DNA of 49,491 nt from an uncultured Gammaproteobacteria bacterium (lineage in GTDB: Bacteria > Patescibacteriota > Patescibacteriia > Magasanikbacterales > GWA2-37-8). The translations under genes and the position numbers were made by a program. This document shows positions 18,034 through 28,113 of the stretch, piece by piece. The notes beneath the pieces are model-generated. The model made no database searches. It worked only from the letters and a program-made list of their open reading frames with translations, and was not told the origin of the DNA. Numbering within the stretch: the stretch's first letter is position 1; each line of letters starts with the position of its first letter. The stretch covers positions 1 through 49,491 of the forward strand of contig CAZXFG010000001.1 in assembly GCA_964640515.1 (NCBI GenBank), given 5' to 3'.

Positions 18034-18711
18034 ATGAAAAAAAAGTTTGATAATAAAAAACTAATTTTTATCGCCATTTTCGCTCTGGTCGGTTTCGGCC
18101 TGATGCAGGTGCCATTCACGAAAATTATCGGATCTAATCTCAAATTCAGTTTGTTTGATTTTTACGGCCCAATAGCCGCTGGTTTTGTCGGTTCCATCTG
18201 GGGCCTGGCGACAGTACTCATCATGCAATCGGCCAACTGGATTTTACATGGTTTTGCCACTGACATCTCTACCTTGATTCGCTTCTTACCCATGCTGTTT
18301 GCCGCCCTTTACTTTGCTAAAAAATCCAAATTAGTTCTACTGGCTCCGATACTGGCCATGGTCGCTTTCTGGCTACACCCTGAAGGACGCGGCGCTTGGT
18401 ATTATGCCTTTTACTGGCTAATTCCGGTCGCCATGTATTTTCTCTATGACAGATTCCTCCTGGCCCGCGCTTTGGGAACGACTTTCACCGCTCATGCCGT
18501 AGGCAGTGTGCTTTTTCTCTACGCTTTAAACTTAAAATCCGCCGTTTGGGTGTCGCTCATTCCAATTGTCTGGAAAGAACGAGGATTGATGGCTATTGGC
18601 ATCGCTTTAACTTTCATTGTTTTTAATTATCTCTTGGCTCTGCTCAATAAAAAATACCACTGGCTGGATTTTGCGCGAATCAATAAAAAATACCTCTTGG
18701 GAATTAAATAA
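18034..18711 (+). CDS. Hypothetical polytopic membrane protein (about 6 TM); possible substrate-capture/transport component
   Basis: 225 aa, hydrophobic throughout, immediately upstream of folC. No diagnostic motif recognised. Confidence 0.55.
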   Translation: MKKKFDNKKLIFIAIFALVGFGLMQVPFTKIIGSNLKFSLFDFYGPIAAGFVGSIWGLATVLIMQSANWILHGFATDISTLIRFLPMLFAALYFAKKSKLVLLAPILAMVAFWLHPEGRGAWYYAFYWLIPVAMYFLYDRFLLARALGTTFTAHAVGSVLFLYALNLKSAVWVSLIPIVWKERGLMAIGIALTFIVFNYLLALLNKKYHWLDFARINKKYLLGIK

Positions 18712-18715
18712 AAAA

Positions 18716-18742
18716 GAAAGACCTCGCCTCACGAGGTCTTTC
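18716..18742 (+). terminator. Terminator-like hairpin between the membrane protein gene and folC
   Basis: GAAAGACCTCG-cctca-CGAGGTCTTTC (11 bp), but only a weak U tract (GUGUUAUA). Confidence 0.35.
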
Positions 18743-18749
18743 GTGTTAT

Positions 18750-20030
18750 ATGAATTATCAGCAAGCCCACGATTTTTTGATCTCACTGCATAATATCCCG
18801 CGGCAGGAGTATTTAAAAAATAAAAATAAAAGCGAAATTTATCTTAAACGCGTTCAATTTTTATTGAATATTTTAGGTAATCCGGAAAAAAAAATCCCGC
18901 ACTATATTCACATCACCGGCACAAGCGGCAAAGGGTCGGTAGCCATTATGCTTTCCTCTATCTTGCGGGCGGCCGGAAAAAAAACCGGTCTGCTCACCTC
19001 GCCGCATCCTTCAGCTATCACCGAACGCTGGGAAATCAACGGCCGGCCTATGAACCGAAAAATTTTTATTCAAATAGTGGAAAAGATAAAACCGGCCTTG
19101 GAAAAATATATTAATACTTCCCCTTATGACATGCCTTCCTTCTTTGAAATTGTTACTGTCGCGGGATTAATGTATTTTGCGCGAAACAAAGTCCGATGGG
19201 CGGTAATTGAGGTGGGTCTGGGCGGACGCAATGACTCCACCAATGTCATCCCTTATAAAGATCTGGCTATCATTACCAATATCGGCCTGGATCATGCCGA
19301 TTTGATCGGCCCCGCTAAAACTGACATAGCCAAAGAAAAATCCGGCATAATTAAACCGGGTTGTCTGGCGCTGACTGCTGAAAAAAATCCTAAAATTTTA
19401 AAAATTATTAAAGATGAGAGCAAAAAACAAAAAGTCACTCTTAAAATATCAGACCCGGCCAGCCAAAAACCACCATCTTCTCCGGCTGTCTTGGGACGAC
19501 ATCAGATTAACAATGCTAAACTGGCCATGGAGGCGGCCGCCATGCTTGGAATCAAACCACAATATATCCAAAAAGGAATTTCTTCCGCGCGCTTGCCCCT
19601 CCGCATGGAAATAATCTCTCGCCATCCTTTGATTATCCTGGATGGGGCGCACAATCCGGACAAGATGAAAACAACCATTCAAACCGCCAAGGAGCTTCAA
19701 GCAACGGGTCAAAAGATACATCTGGTTATCGGATTTAGCGCGGATAAAAATATATCAAACATGCTCAAACAACTGGCTGTCCTGCGTCCGACTACCGTGG
19801 CCTGCGCGCGTTCCACCTCTAATCCTTTCCGCCAAGTGGCTAACCCGCGATTATTGCAAAAACAGATAAAAACCCTGCTTCCTCAAATAAAAAGCCGGGT
19901 TTTCTTGGACCCGCTAACAGCTTTCATCTGGAGCAAAAAACAAACCAAAAACAACGACATACTGCTCATTACCGGCTCTATTTTCCTAAGCGGCGGACTG
20001 CGCCCCTATTTGACAGACTGGCGGCAATAG
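18750..20030 (+). CDS. folC: Folylpolyglutamate synthase/dihydrofolate synthase (Mur ligase family)
   Basis: 426 aa. P-loop HITGTSGKGS and the Mur-ligase central and C-terminal pattern (DGAHNPD). Confidence 0.85.
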   Translation: MNYQQAHDFLISLHNIPRQEYLKNKNKSEIYLKRVQFLLNILGNPEKKIPHYIHITGTSGKGSVAIMLSSILRAAGKKTGLLTSPHPSAITERWEINGRPMNRKIFIQIVEKIKPALEKYINTSPYDMPSFFEIVTVAGLMYFARNKVRWAVIEVGLGGRNDSTNVIPYKDLAIITNIGLDHADLIGPAKTDIAKEKSGIIKPGCLALTAEKNPKILKIIKDESKKQKVTLKISDPASQKPPSSPAVLGRHQINNAKLAMEAAAMLGIKPQYIQKGISSARLPLRMEIISRHPLIILDGAHNPDKMKTTIQTAKELQATGQKIHLVIGFSADKNISNMLKQLAVLRPTTVACARSTSNPFRQVANPRLLQKQIKTLLPQIKSRVFLDPLTAFIWSKKQTKNNDILLITGSIFLSGGLRPYLTDWRQ

Positions 20031-20081
20031 TTTATGCTTAAAATCAAATATCTCTGTTTCTATTTCCATATATAATATATT

Positions 20082-22295
20082 ATGTCTAAATTAGTTATCG
20101 TAGAATCCCCCACTAAGGCTAAAACTATCGCCAAATTCCTCGGCAAAAATTTCATCGTTAAATCTTCTTTCGGTCATGTGCGCGATTTGCCCAAAACCAA
20201 GATGGGTATTGATATTGACCATGGCTTCGAACCGAAATATGTAGTCAGCCGCGATAAAAGCAAAACAGTGAAAGAACTGAAAGAAGCGGCTAAAAAAGCG
20301 GACGAGGTGCTGTTCGCCACTGACTCGGATCGCGAAGGAGAAGCTATCTCATGGCACCTGGCCCATATCCTGGGCATAGCGCCCGAAGAAACCAAACGCA
20401 TAACTTTTCATGAAATTACCAAATCCGCCATTGAGCATGCTCTAAAAAATCCTCGAATGCTGGATTTAAAATTAGTGGACGCTCAACAAGCGCGCCGTGT
20501 ATTGGATCGTCTGGTGGGTTACGAACTCTCCCCTTTTCTCTGGCACAAAGTAGCTAAAGGACTTTCCGCCGGACGCGTACAATCAGTAGCTGTGCGTTTG
20601 GTCGTGGAAAGAGAAAAAGAAATCAAAAATTTTAAAATTGAAGAATATTGGTCCGTGGAAGGCGTCTTCAAACCAACTAAAGAAACATTGGAATTCCCTG
20701 CCACTTTACACGCGATAGACGGGAAAAAAATAGATAAACTGGAAATAAAAAACAAAGAACAGGCGGATAAAATTCTTTCAGAATTACAAAACGGACAATA
20801 TGCTGTTTCTAAAGTTGAAGAAAAAAAGACCCGCCGTCTGCCTTCTCCGGCTTTCACCACCTCTACTCTGCAACAAGAAGCCAACCACCGTTTGGGTTTT
20901 TCCGCTAAACAAACCATGCGCTTGGCCCAACAACTTTATGAAGGTGTGGAGTTAGGGCCTGAAGGTTCGGTGGGTTTGATCACTTATATGCGCACGGATT
21001 CAGTGAATGTATCAGAAAAATTTTTAGGCGAAGCTAAAGAAATTATCGGCCGAGATTTTGGCGCGAAATATCAACTGGAAAAACCGCGCGCTTATCACAA
21101 CAAAAGCAAGAATGCTCAAGAAGCCCACGAAGCCATTCGCCCCTCCGAGCCGAGCCGAATACCGAGCGAAGTTGAATCATTTTTAGATAAAAACCAATTT
21201 CGACTATACGACCTCATCTGGCGCCGAGCGTTAGCGACGCAAATGGCCGCCGCCGAACTTAACGCCGCTGTAATAGACATCGCCTCCGGGTCTTATGAAT
21301 TTCACGCGACCGGCCAAACCATTGTGTTTGACGGCTTTTTAAAACTCTATCCGGAAAAAGCCAAAGAAAATATCTTGCCGAAACTTACCGTTGGAGAAAA
21401 AATGGATTGTCTCAAAATATCTCCGGAGCAACATTTTACCGAACCGCCGGCCCGCTATAGCGATGCCACTCTGGTTAAATCCCTGGAAGAATACGGGATT
21501 GGCCGCCCTTCCACCTATGCCCCGACCATCGCCACCATAGAAGACCGCGGCTACATTGAACGCGACGAGAAGAAGCGCTTAGCGCCTAAAGAAATCGCCT
21601 GGGTGGTCAACGACCTCTTGGTTGAACATTTCCCGCATATCGTAGATTATAAATTTACAGCCGAGATGGAAGAAGAATTAGATGAAATCGCCCGCGGAAA
21701 GAAAAAATGGCCGCCGGTCATAGCTAATTTTTATGGTCCATTCAAACAAAATCTGATACTGAAAGAAAAAGAAATCAACAAAAAAGACATAACCGAAGAA
21801 GCCACCAATGATATCTGCGAGAAATGCGGAAAACCAATGATCATTAAAATGGGGCGCTACGGAAAATTTCTGGCTTGCAGCGGATTTCCGGAATGTAAAA
21901 ATGTAAAATCTTTGGCCAAAGACGGCAACGGTGTTAAACCGGTAGCCGAACCCACTGATGAGGTCTGCGAAAAATGCGGCGCGGGCATGGTAAAAAGGGT
22001 GGGGCGCTACGGACCATTTTTAAGTTGTTCGGCTTATCCCAAGTGTAAAAATATCAAAAAAATCGAGGTCAAACTGGATCTAAAATGTCCAAAATGTAAA
22101 ACCGGCCAGATAGTGGAAAGACGCACCAAATTCAATAAAATTTTCTATGGCTGCAGTTGCTATCCGGATTGCGACTTTGCCATCTGGGAGCGTCCAAACG
22201 GAGAAATATGCCCCAATTGCCAAAATCCCCTGGTTTTCGCCGCTAAAGGCGGGATAAAATGCTCCAACAAAGAGTGCGACTTCCAAAAAAATTGA
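20082..22295 (+). CDS. topA: DNA topoisomerase I
   Basis: 737 aa. TOPRIM (LVIVESPTKAKTI, DSDREGEAISWH), catalytic Tyr region ITYMRTDS and four C-terminal C4 zinc ribbons. Confidence 0.95.
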   Translation: MSKLVIVESPTKAKTIAKFLGKNFIVKSSFGHVRDLPKTKMGIDIDHGFEPKYVVSRDKSKTVKELKEAAKKADEVLFATDSDREGEAISWHLAHILGIAPEETKRITFHEITKSAIEHALKNPRMLDLKLVDAQQARRVLDRLVGYELSPFLWHKVAKGLSAGRVQSVAVRLVVEREKEIKNFKIEEYWSVEGVFKPTKETLEFPATLHAIDGKKIDKLEIKNKEQADKILSELQNGQYAVSKVEEKKTRRLPSPAFTTSTLQQEANHRLGFSAKQTMRLAQQLYEGVELGPEGSVGLITYMRTDSVNVSEKFLGEAKEIIGRDFGAKYQLEKPRAYHNKSKNAQEAHEAIRPSEPSRIPSEVESFLDKNQFRLYDLIWRRALATQMAAAELNAAVIDIASGSYEFHATGQTIVFDGFLKLYPEKAKENILPKLTVGEKMDCLKISPEQHFTEPPARYSDATLVKSLEEYGIGRPSTYAPTIATIEDRGYIERDEKKRLAPKEIAWVVNDLLVEHFPHIVDYKFTAEMEEELDEIARGKKKWPPVIANFYGPFKQNLILKEKEINKKDITEEATNDICEKCGKPMIIKMGRYGKFLACSGFPECKNVKSLAKDGNGVKPVAEPTDEVCEKCGAGMVKRVGRYGPFLSCSAYPKCKNIKKIEVKLDLKCPKCKTGQIVERRTKFNKIFYGCSCYPDCDFAIWERPNGEICPNCQNPLVFAAKGGIKCSNKECDFQKN

Positions 22296-22340
22296 AAAAA
22301 GACGGGAAAAAGCATATAATAGCTATGCCGGATCTATTGT

Positions 22341-23849
22341 ATGTTTAACGAAAAAACCTTAATCACTTCCATCCCCAAAGACATTTCTTTAAATGATCTG
22401 CTTCGAATTATAAAAAAATACATTAATTCAAACGACCTTGACTTAGTGCGTCTAGCTTTTGAATTCGCGGAGAGCGCTCACCGGGGACAGATGCGAAAAT
22501 CAGGTGTTCCTTATATCCAACATCCGCTGGCAACCGCCTATATTCTGGCTAACATGCGTCTGGATGTAAATATCATCATGGCCGCGTTATTACATGATGT
22601 GCCGGAAGACACTCAAGTGACTTTGGAAGAAATAGAAAAAAATTTCGGCCATGATATCGCTTCCATGGTCAAAGGCATTACCAAATTAGGCAAGGTCAAA
22701 TACCGCGGTATTGAACGTTACATAGAAAATCTTCGAAAAATGTTCGTGGCCATGGCTGAAGATGTTCGGGTCATGATTATTAAATTTGCCGACCGGATAC
22801 ATAATTTATCCACTCTGGAATCACTGCCGCCAAAAAAACGATTCCGCATCGCCCTGGAAAGTTTGGAAATCTATTCCCCCATTGCTAACCGTTTGGGCAT
22901 GGGCGAAATGAAGGGTTGGCTGGAGGATCTATCGTTTCTCTATGTCCATCCTAAAGAATATGAAAAAGTTAAGACCATGCGCGACCGAATCCTGGTTGGC
23001 GCGGGAACTTATCTAACAGGCATCATGGACATCGCGCGCAAAGAACTGAAACAATCCGGTATTAGCGCTTTAGATATACACGGCCGCCAAAAACAGCTCT
23101 ACAGCTTATACCAAAAATTGCTCCGTAAAGGTTGGGATTCGGAAAAAGTGTATGATATCGTCGCGGTGCGCATCATCGTACCGGATATCGGCGATTGTTA
23201 CGCCACTCTGGGTATCATCCACAAGCTCTGGCGCCCTCTCAAAGGACGGATCAAAGACTATATCGCCCAACCCAAACCTAACAGCTATCAATCTTTACAT
23301 ACCACCATTTTCGGTTCGGATGGCAAAACCGTGGAATTTCAAATCCGCACCAAAGAAATGCACGAGGAAGCCGAGTACGGCGTGGCCGCCCACTGGCATT
23401 ATGACGAAAAAGGCAATCGCCTGCCGGCCAAAGATATGGCTTGGGCCAAACAATTGGCCGAACTTCAAAAAGAAATTCTGAAAAACATCACTGATTTAGA
23501 TGAAATGAAGATAGATTTTTTCCATAATCGTATTTTCGTCTTTACCCCGAAAGGAGATGTGATTGATCTGCCGGAAGAAGCCACCCCGGTTGACTTTGCT
23601 TATCATATTCACAGCGAGGTGGGAAATAAATGCAACGGAGTAAAAATCAACGACCAAATGGTAAGTCTTGACACTCTCTTAAAAAACGGCGATGTGGTTG
23701 AGATTGTCACTGATAAAAACCGCAAAGGACCAAGTCCGGATTGGTTAAAATTCGTAAAAACACACCTAGCCAAAAGCCACATCAAAGGATACTTAAACAG
23801 CAGTCTTAAGATTTGGCTTAAAAATTTCTTACCCCACCCCAAGAAGTAA
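22341..23849 (+). CDS. RelA/SpoT homologue (HD hydrolase + synthetase + TGS), short form lacking the distal C-terminal domains
   Basis: 502 aa. HD region (HRGQMRKSGVPYIQHPL, LLHDVPED), synthetase region (YDIVAVRIIV, YQSLHTT) and TGS (VFTPKGDVIDLPEEATPVDFAYHIH). Confidence 0.9.
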   Translation: MFNEKTLITSIPKDISLNDLLRIIKKYINSNDLDLVRLAFEFAESAHRGQMRKSGVPYIQHPLATAYILANMRLDVNIIMAALLHDVPEDTQVTLEEIEKNFGHDIASMVKGITKLGKVKYRGIERYIENLRKMFVAMAEDVRVMIIKFADRIHNLSTLESLPPKKRFRIALESLEIYSPIANRLGMGEMKGWLEDLSFLYVHPKEYEKVKTMRDRILVGAGTYLTGIMDIARKELKQSGISALDIHGRQKQLYSLYQKLLRKGWDSEKVYDIVAVRIIVPDIGDCYATLGIIHKLWRPLKGRIKDYIAQPKPNSYQSLHTTIFGSDGKTVEFQIRTKEMHEEAEYGVAAHWHYDEKGNRLPAKDMAWAKQLAELQKEILKNITDLDEMKIDFFHNRIFVFTPKGDVIDLPEEATPVDFAYHIHSEVGNKCNGVKINDQMVSLDTLLKNGDVVEIVTDKNRKGPSPDWLKFVKTHLAKSHIKGYLNSSLKIWLKNFLPHPKK

Positions 23850-23851
23850 TC

Positions 23852-24700
23852 TTACTCGGAAATTTTTTTAATAAGACGCGATAACTCTTCACGAGAATAA
23901 TAGCTGACCACTATAGTTCCCCTTTCACCTTTTTGAGTGAGGGATACTTTAGTGCCGAGAGTGGCGCGTAATTTATCTTCTAAATATGTTAAATTGGGAT
24001 CACGACGCATCATGCCTCTGTTCGCACGCTGTCTATTCACCTCGCGTTCCAGTTCTCGTACAGTGATTTTTTGGCCCATCATAGAAGACAACAGAGCCAA
24101 CTGCTTTTTGGAATCATCTAAACTCAACAAAGCCTTGGCTTGACCGGTATTTATTTTCCCCTCAATTAACGCGCTTTTGGCTTCTTCAGGCAATTCTAAT
24201 AATCGAATAATATTAGCTACGGCCGGCCGGCTGCGCCCCACTTTCTCGCCCACTTCTCGTTGAGTCAGACCAAATTCTTCAATTAAACGCTTGTAAGCAA
24301 ACGCCTCTTCAATCGGATTTAAATCCTGGCGTTGGATATTTTCAATTAAAGCCACCTCTAATTTTTCCTGGTCGGCCATTTCTTTCACTATCACGGGCAC
24401 AGTGCTAAGACCGGCCTGTTTAGAAGCGCGCCAACGCCGTTCTCCGGCGATCAACTCATAACCGCCATTTGCCTTCTCATCTACCAACAAAGGCTGTAAA
24501 ACCCCATGTTTTTTTATTGATTCTGCCAATTCAGCCATTTCTTCGGCCGGAAAACTTTGGCGCGGTTGTTTTGGGTTGGGAAAAATATCTGACACCGGAA
24601 CATGCCAAATACGCTGGTTATCAAGTTTTTCTTTGGGACCATTTTTTTGGAAAGACGCGCTGGGAGTTATCAGAGCGCTAAGACCACGACCTAAAGACAT
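23852..24700 (-). CDS. parB: Chromosome partitioning protein ParB
   Basis: 282 aa. ParB box LIENIQRQDLNPIEEA, HTH and GERRWRA motif. Confidence 0.9.
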   Translation of the reverse strand: MSLGRGLSALITPSASFQKNGPKEKLDNQRIWHVPVSDIFPNPKQPRQSFPAEEMAELAESIKKHGVLQPLLVDEKANGGYELIAGERRWRASKQAGLSTVPVIVKEMADQEKLEVALIENIQRQDLNPIEEAFAYKRLIEEFGLTQREVGEKVGRSRPAVANIIRLLELPEEAKSALIEGKINTGQAKALLSLDDSKKQLALLSSMMGQKITVRELEREVNRQRANRGMMRRDPNLTYLEDKLRATLGTKVSLTQKGERGTIVVSYYSREELSRLIKKISE

Positions 24701-24703
24701 ATT

Positions 24704-25489
24704 TTATTGATTATTTAATTGGTTATGCTCAAAATAGTCTAACAATTCACGGGACAGGCGCTCGTACGCTTTGGCGCCTTTACCTCTCGGCTCATAATGA
24801 AATATGCTCTGGCCAAAGCTTGGCGCTTCGGCTAGACGGACCGTGCGCGGAATAACGGAACGAAAAATATTATTGGGAAAGTATTTATAAAGTTCATGCA
24901 ATACTTCCTCGGAAAGACGATTGCGGCTGTCAAACATGGTCAGTATCGCCCCTAACACATTCAATTCCGGCTTGATATTTCCTTTCACTAAATCAATGGT
25001 GCGCAATAACTGTCCTAATCCCTCTAAGGCATAATACTCGGCCTGCACCGGAATCAACACATGATCGGCGGCGACTAAACCATTCAGAGTCAAAAGGCCG
25101 AGAGAGGGCGGACAATCAATGATAATATAGTCGTAAGCATGTTTGACCTCGCTCAACAAGTCAGCCAACTTTTTTTCCCGGCCTTCCAAATTTACCAATT
25201 CTACATTAGCCCCGGCTAAATCAGGAGTAGCCGGCGCCACTCGCAAACCCGCATGCCCGGTATTGCAAATCACATCGTGCAAGCGATGCTGGCCCATGAT
25301 GGTGTGATAAAGCCCTTTTTCCAATTCTTGGTGTTTAATGCCCAAACCAGAGGTGGCGTTGCCTTGTGGATCCAGATCCACTAATAAAACAAACTTCCCC
25401 GATTCAGCCAACCCGGCGGACAGATTTACGGCCGTAGTGGTCTTTCCGACACCCCCTTTTTGATTTACGACAGAGATGATGGTTGACAT
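24704..25489 (-). CDS. parA: Chromosome partitioning ATPase ParA/Soj
   Basis: 261 aa with deviant Walker A NQKGGVGKTTT. Confidence 0.9.
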   Translation of the reverse strand: MSTIISVVNQKGGVGKTTTAVNLSAGLAESGKFVLLVDLDPQGNATSGLGIKHQELEKGLYHTIMGQHRLHDVICNTGHAGLRVAPATPDLAGANVELVNLEGREKKLADLLSEVKHAYDYIIIDCPPSLGLLTLNGLVAADHVLIPVQAEYYALEGLGQLLRTIDLVKGNIKPELNVLGAILTMFDSRNRLSEEVLHELYKYFPNNIFRSVIPRTVRLAEAPSFGQSIFHYEPRGKGAKAYERLSRELLDYFEHNQLNNQ

Positions 25490-25520
25490 AATTTTACAGT
25501 GCTAATATTTTAGCATATAA

Positions 25521-25549
25521 TTGACAAAAGGGCAAAAATGGAGTACGAT
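25521..25549 (+). promoter_or_regulatory. Candidate promoter for tRNA-Leu and the downstream gene
   Basis: TTGACA (25521..25526), 17-nt spacer, TACGAT (25544..25549). The tRNA starts at 25566. Confidence 0.4.
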
Positions 25550-25565
25550 ATTTCTACCAAAATAA

Positions 25566-25647
25566 GCCCGAGTGGCGGAATTGGCAGACGCGCACGACTC
25601 AAAATCGTGTGGAGCAATCCATGTGGGTTCAATTCCCACCTCGGGCA
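25566..25647 (+). tRNA. tRNA-Leu (anticodon CAA), long variable arm
   Basis: Manual cloverleaf: acceptor GCCCGAG/CUCGGGC, anticodon stem CACGA/UCGUG with loop CUCAAAA, 13-nt variable arm, T arm GUGGG-UUCAAUU-CCCAC. Confidence 0.9.
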
Positions 25648-25652
25648 CTACT

Positions 25653-26660
25653 ATGAACTTCTTTACTTTGGCAGTATTTGGCTATATATTTACTGCCTCT
25701 ATTCTCATTTATATCATCAGCCGCGACCAGCGTTTACCCGAACGATTTTTTGGCAAACTCAAAAAAATATCTTGGATATTTATAATAGTCTTGAGCGCCA
25801 CTTCAATGTTTGCCTTTTACGCCAGATTTATTGAACCATTTTTTATAATCACCAAACAACGGGATATCCATATAACTACGCTGTCCAGTCCCGTCAAAAT
25901 TGCTCTGGTGGCGGATATACAACTGAATAAATACAAGAATAACCATTGGGTAAAAAAAATAATAAAAAAAATAGAAGAAGCTAAACCGGATTTAATCATC
26001 TTTGTCGGCGACTTGATTTCCAACGAGGGATCTTTTCACGAAACAGGGGTAACAGCGACTAACGAAGCCGGCCTGCTGGCGTCATTTTTCACTCTTACTG
26101 AAAAATACCCCGGTTATTACACCTTGGGCAACCACGAATACGGGTTAGGCAACACCACCAGATCCTTTCCCGATCTCTGGACCGGTGATTACAGCGATGA
26201 AGTAAAAAATACAATGGACGACATAGGCGTTCAATCATTGATCAACCGCCTGGATTGTCCGAAAATTAAGAATCAAAAAATATGTTTTTTTGGGATAGAT
26301 GATATTTGGGGCGCGGAAAACAAACAAACCATCATAGACTTCTCTGGACTGAAAGAATGGGATCAAAAAACACCGTTAATCTTCGTAACTCATAATCCGG
26401 ACGGAATTTTATACTGGCCAAAAGAAATAAAAAAACCCGACCTAGTATTGGCCGGGCATACTCATGGCGGACAAATTTACCTACCATTTCTCGGTCCAAT
26501 AGGCGACGCCGGGGTGGTCTTAGGGAAAAAATACTATCGCGGACTGAATTATTTTGAAAACACACCCATTTATACTTCTGTGGGCCTAGGAGAATCCGGA
26601 GGACCGATTCGTTTCATGACTCCACCGGAATTATCTATTATAAATCTGACACTACAGTAA
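25653..26660 (+). CDS. Membrane-anchored calcineurin-like metallophosphoesterase
   Basis: The track ORF start (25572) lies inside tRNA-Leu. The ATG at 25653 gives MNFFTLAVFGYIF. Motifs GDLIS, GNHEY and GHTHGGQ. Confidence 0.85.
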   Translation: MNFFTLAVFGYIFTASILIYIISRDQRLPERFFGKLKKISWIFIIVLSATSMFAFYARFIEPFFIITKQRDIHITTLSSPVKIALVADIQLNKYKNNHWVKKIIKKIEEAKPDLIIFVGDLISNEGSFHETGVTATNEAGLLASFFTLTEKYPGYYTLGNHEYGLGNTTRSFPDLWTGDYSDEVKNTMDDIGVQSLINRLDCPKIKNQKICFFGIDDIWGAENKQTIIDFSGLKEWDQKTPLIFVTHNPDGILYWPKEIKKPDLVLAGHTHGGQIYLPFLGPIGDAGVVLGKKYYRGLNYFENTPIYTSVGLGESGGPIRFMTPPELSIINLTLQ

Positions 26661-26786
26661 ATACAAAAACGGGTATTACCCTTTCGCAAACAGTGTCGAT
26701 TTGCCCGCGGGCAAATCGCACTTCAGATCTCACCCGCCGCGAGGCGGGTTCCGATATGTTGCTCAAAGGTAATCCCGTTTTTGTAT
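26661..26786 (+). repeat. Structured ~126-nt element, copy 1 (Y-shaped: outer stem plus two hairpins with conserved junctions)
   Basis: It fills the whole convergent intergenic gap. A 19-bp outer stem (one bulged nt) pairs ATACAAAAACGGGTATTACC with GGTAATCCCGTTTTTGTAT. Junction blocks of 18, 14 and 17 nt are identical to the copy at 31751..31870, while both inner stems differ but stay paired. Confidence 0.65.
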
Positions 26787-26792
26787 ATATTA

Positions 26793-28085
26793 CTATGGTT
26801 TAAGTCGTCCAATAGTCCGAGGAAACGGAATACATTCACGGATATGTTCGGCTCCGGTAATCCAGCGCACGGTACGCTCTAATCCGATGCCAAATCCCGA
26901 ATGCGGCACACTGCCATAACGCCGTAAATCCAAATACCACTCATAATCCGCCTTATTCAACCCTTCGGACTCTATTCTCTTTTCTAATAATTCAATATCA
27001 TCTTCGCGTTGGCTGCCGCCGATGATTTCACCACCGCCATCAGTGGCTATCAGGTCATCGTTTAAAACCAATTCCTGATTCTCCGCGTCCCGCTTCATAT
27101 AAAACGGCTTGATGCTCTTTGGCCACTTTTCAATAAATACCGGCACCTCGCTGTCTTTGGTCAAGAGACCTTCGTCGTCGTTGCCCAAATCTTCACCATA
27201 TTTAATATCCGAACCCAGCTCATTTAATTTTTTAATGGCTTCGTCATAGGTATATCGTTTGAATGGCGCATCAACTTTTTTCAACTTTTCAATATCCCGT
27301 TCCATTATAGCCAACTCCTCCGCGCAATGCTCCAGACAATAGCGGACGATATATTTCACCAACGCCTCTTGCAGACGCAAATTTTCTTCATGCTCAACGA
27401 AGGATGCTTCCGCGTCCATCATCCAAAACTCGGTTAAATGGCGCTTAGTTTTGCTCTTTTCCGCCCTAAACACCGGGCCAAAATCGTAACAACGGCCAAC
27501 CGAGGCAATGGCCGCCTCAATATATAACTGCCCGGATTGCGATAAATAGGCCGTGCCCAAATCAAAATATGGTACGGGGAATAAAGTGGTGGTTCCCTCG
27601 CAAGCGTTTGGGGTAAAAATGGGAGAATCAGCGCGGATAAAATTTTCCTGGTGTAAATATTCGTTAATCGCGGTGGTAATAGCATCGCGTATTCGTAAAA
27701 TCGCCCATTGTTTTTTACTGCGCAACCACAGATGGCGGTTATCCATGAGGAAATCCGGGCCATGATCCTTTTTGGCAATTGGATAATCTTTAGATAACTG
27801 TAAAATCTTCAATCCGGTAATCTGCAATTCAAAAACATTTTCTTTTTTAGGATGTCTGGAAACTTCGCCTGTCACTTCCACGGCTGATTCTTGGGTTACC
27901 GTTTCCGCGGCCTGCCACACCTCGGCTGACGCCTCTTTTCGCGCTACCACTCCCTGCACCCAGCCATAACCATCGCGCAATTCTAAAAAGTATAACGGGC
28001 CGGACGAACGCTTGTTATAGAGCCAACCTTTTACCGTCACTTCTTCTCCAATATGTTCGGATATATTTTTAAATAATATAATCAT
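26793..28085 (-). CDS. asnS: Asparaginyl-tRNA synthetase
   Basis: 430 aa class II aaRS. OB N-terminus, FRAEKSKTKRHLTEFWMMDAE, GGSQRE and GFGIGLERTV...IPFPR tail typical of AsnRS. Confidence 0.9.
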   Translation of the reverse strand: MIILFKNISEHIGEEVTVKGWLYNKRSSGPLYFLELRDGYGWVQGVVARKEASAEVWQAAETVTQESAVEVTGEVSRHPKKENVFELQITGLKILQLSKDYPIAKKDHGPDFLMDNRHLWLRSKKQWAILRIRDAITTAINEYLHQENFIRADSPIFTPNACEGTTTLFPVPYFDLGTAYLSQSGQLYIEAAIASVGRCYDFGPVFRAEKSKTKRHLTEFWMMDAEASFVEHEENLRLQEALVKYIVRYCLEHCAEELAIMERDIEKLKKVDAPFKRYTYDEAIKKLNELGSDIKYGEDLGNDDEGLLTKDSEVPVFIEKWPKSIKPFYMKRDAENQELVLNDDLIATDGGGEIIGGSQREDDIELLEKRIESEGLNKADYEWYLDLRRYGSVPHSGFGIGLERTVRWITGAEHIRECIPFPRTIGRLKP

Positions 28086-28113
28086 AATAAAAAAATCATC
28101 TTTTTATATGCTA

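Noticed and set aside
25538-25652. ORF starts at 25538 and 25572 that extend the metallophosphoesterase upstream
   Set aside because: These codons run through a well-formed tRNA-Leu(CAA) gene (25566..25647). The first ATG after the tRNA (25653) gives a normal hydrophobic N-terminus.
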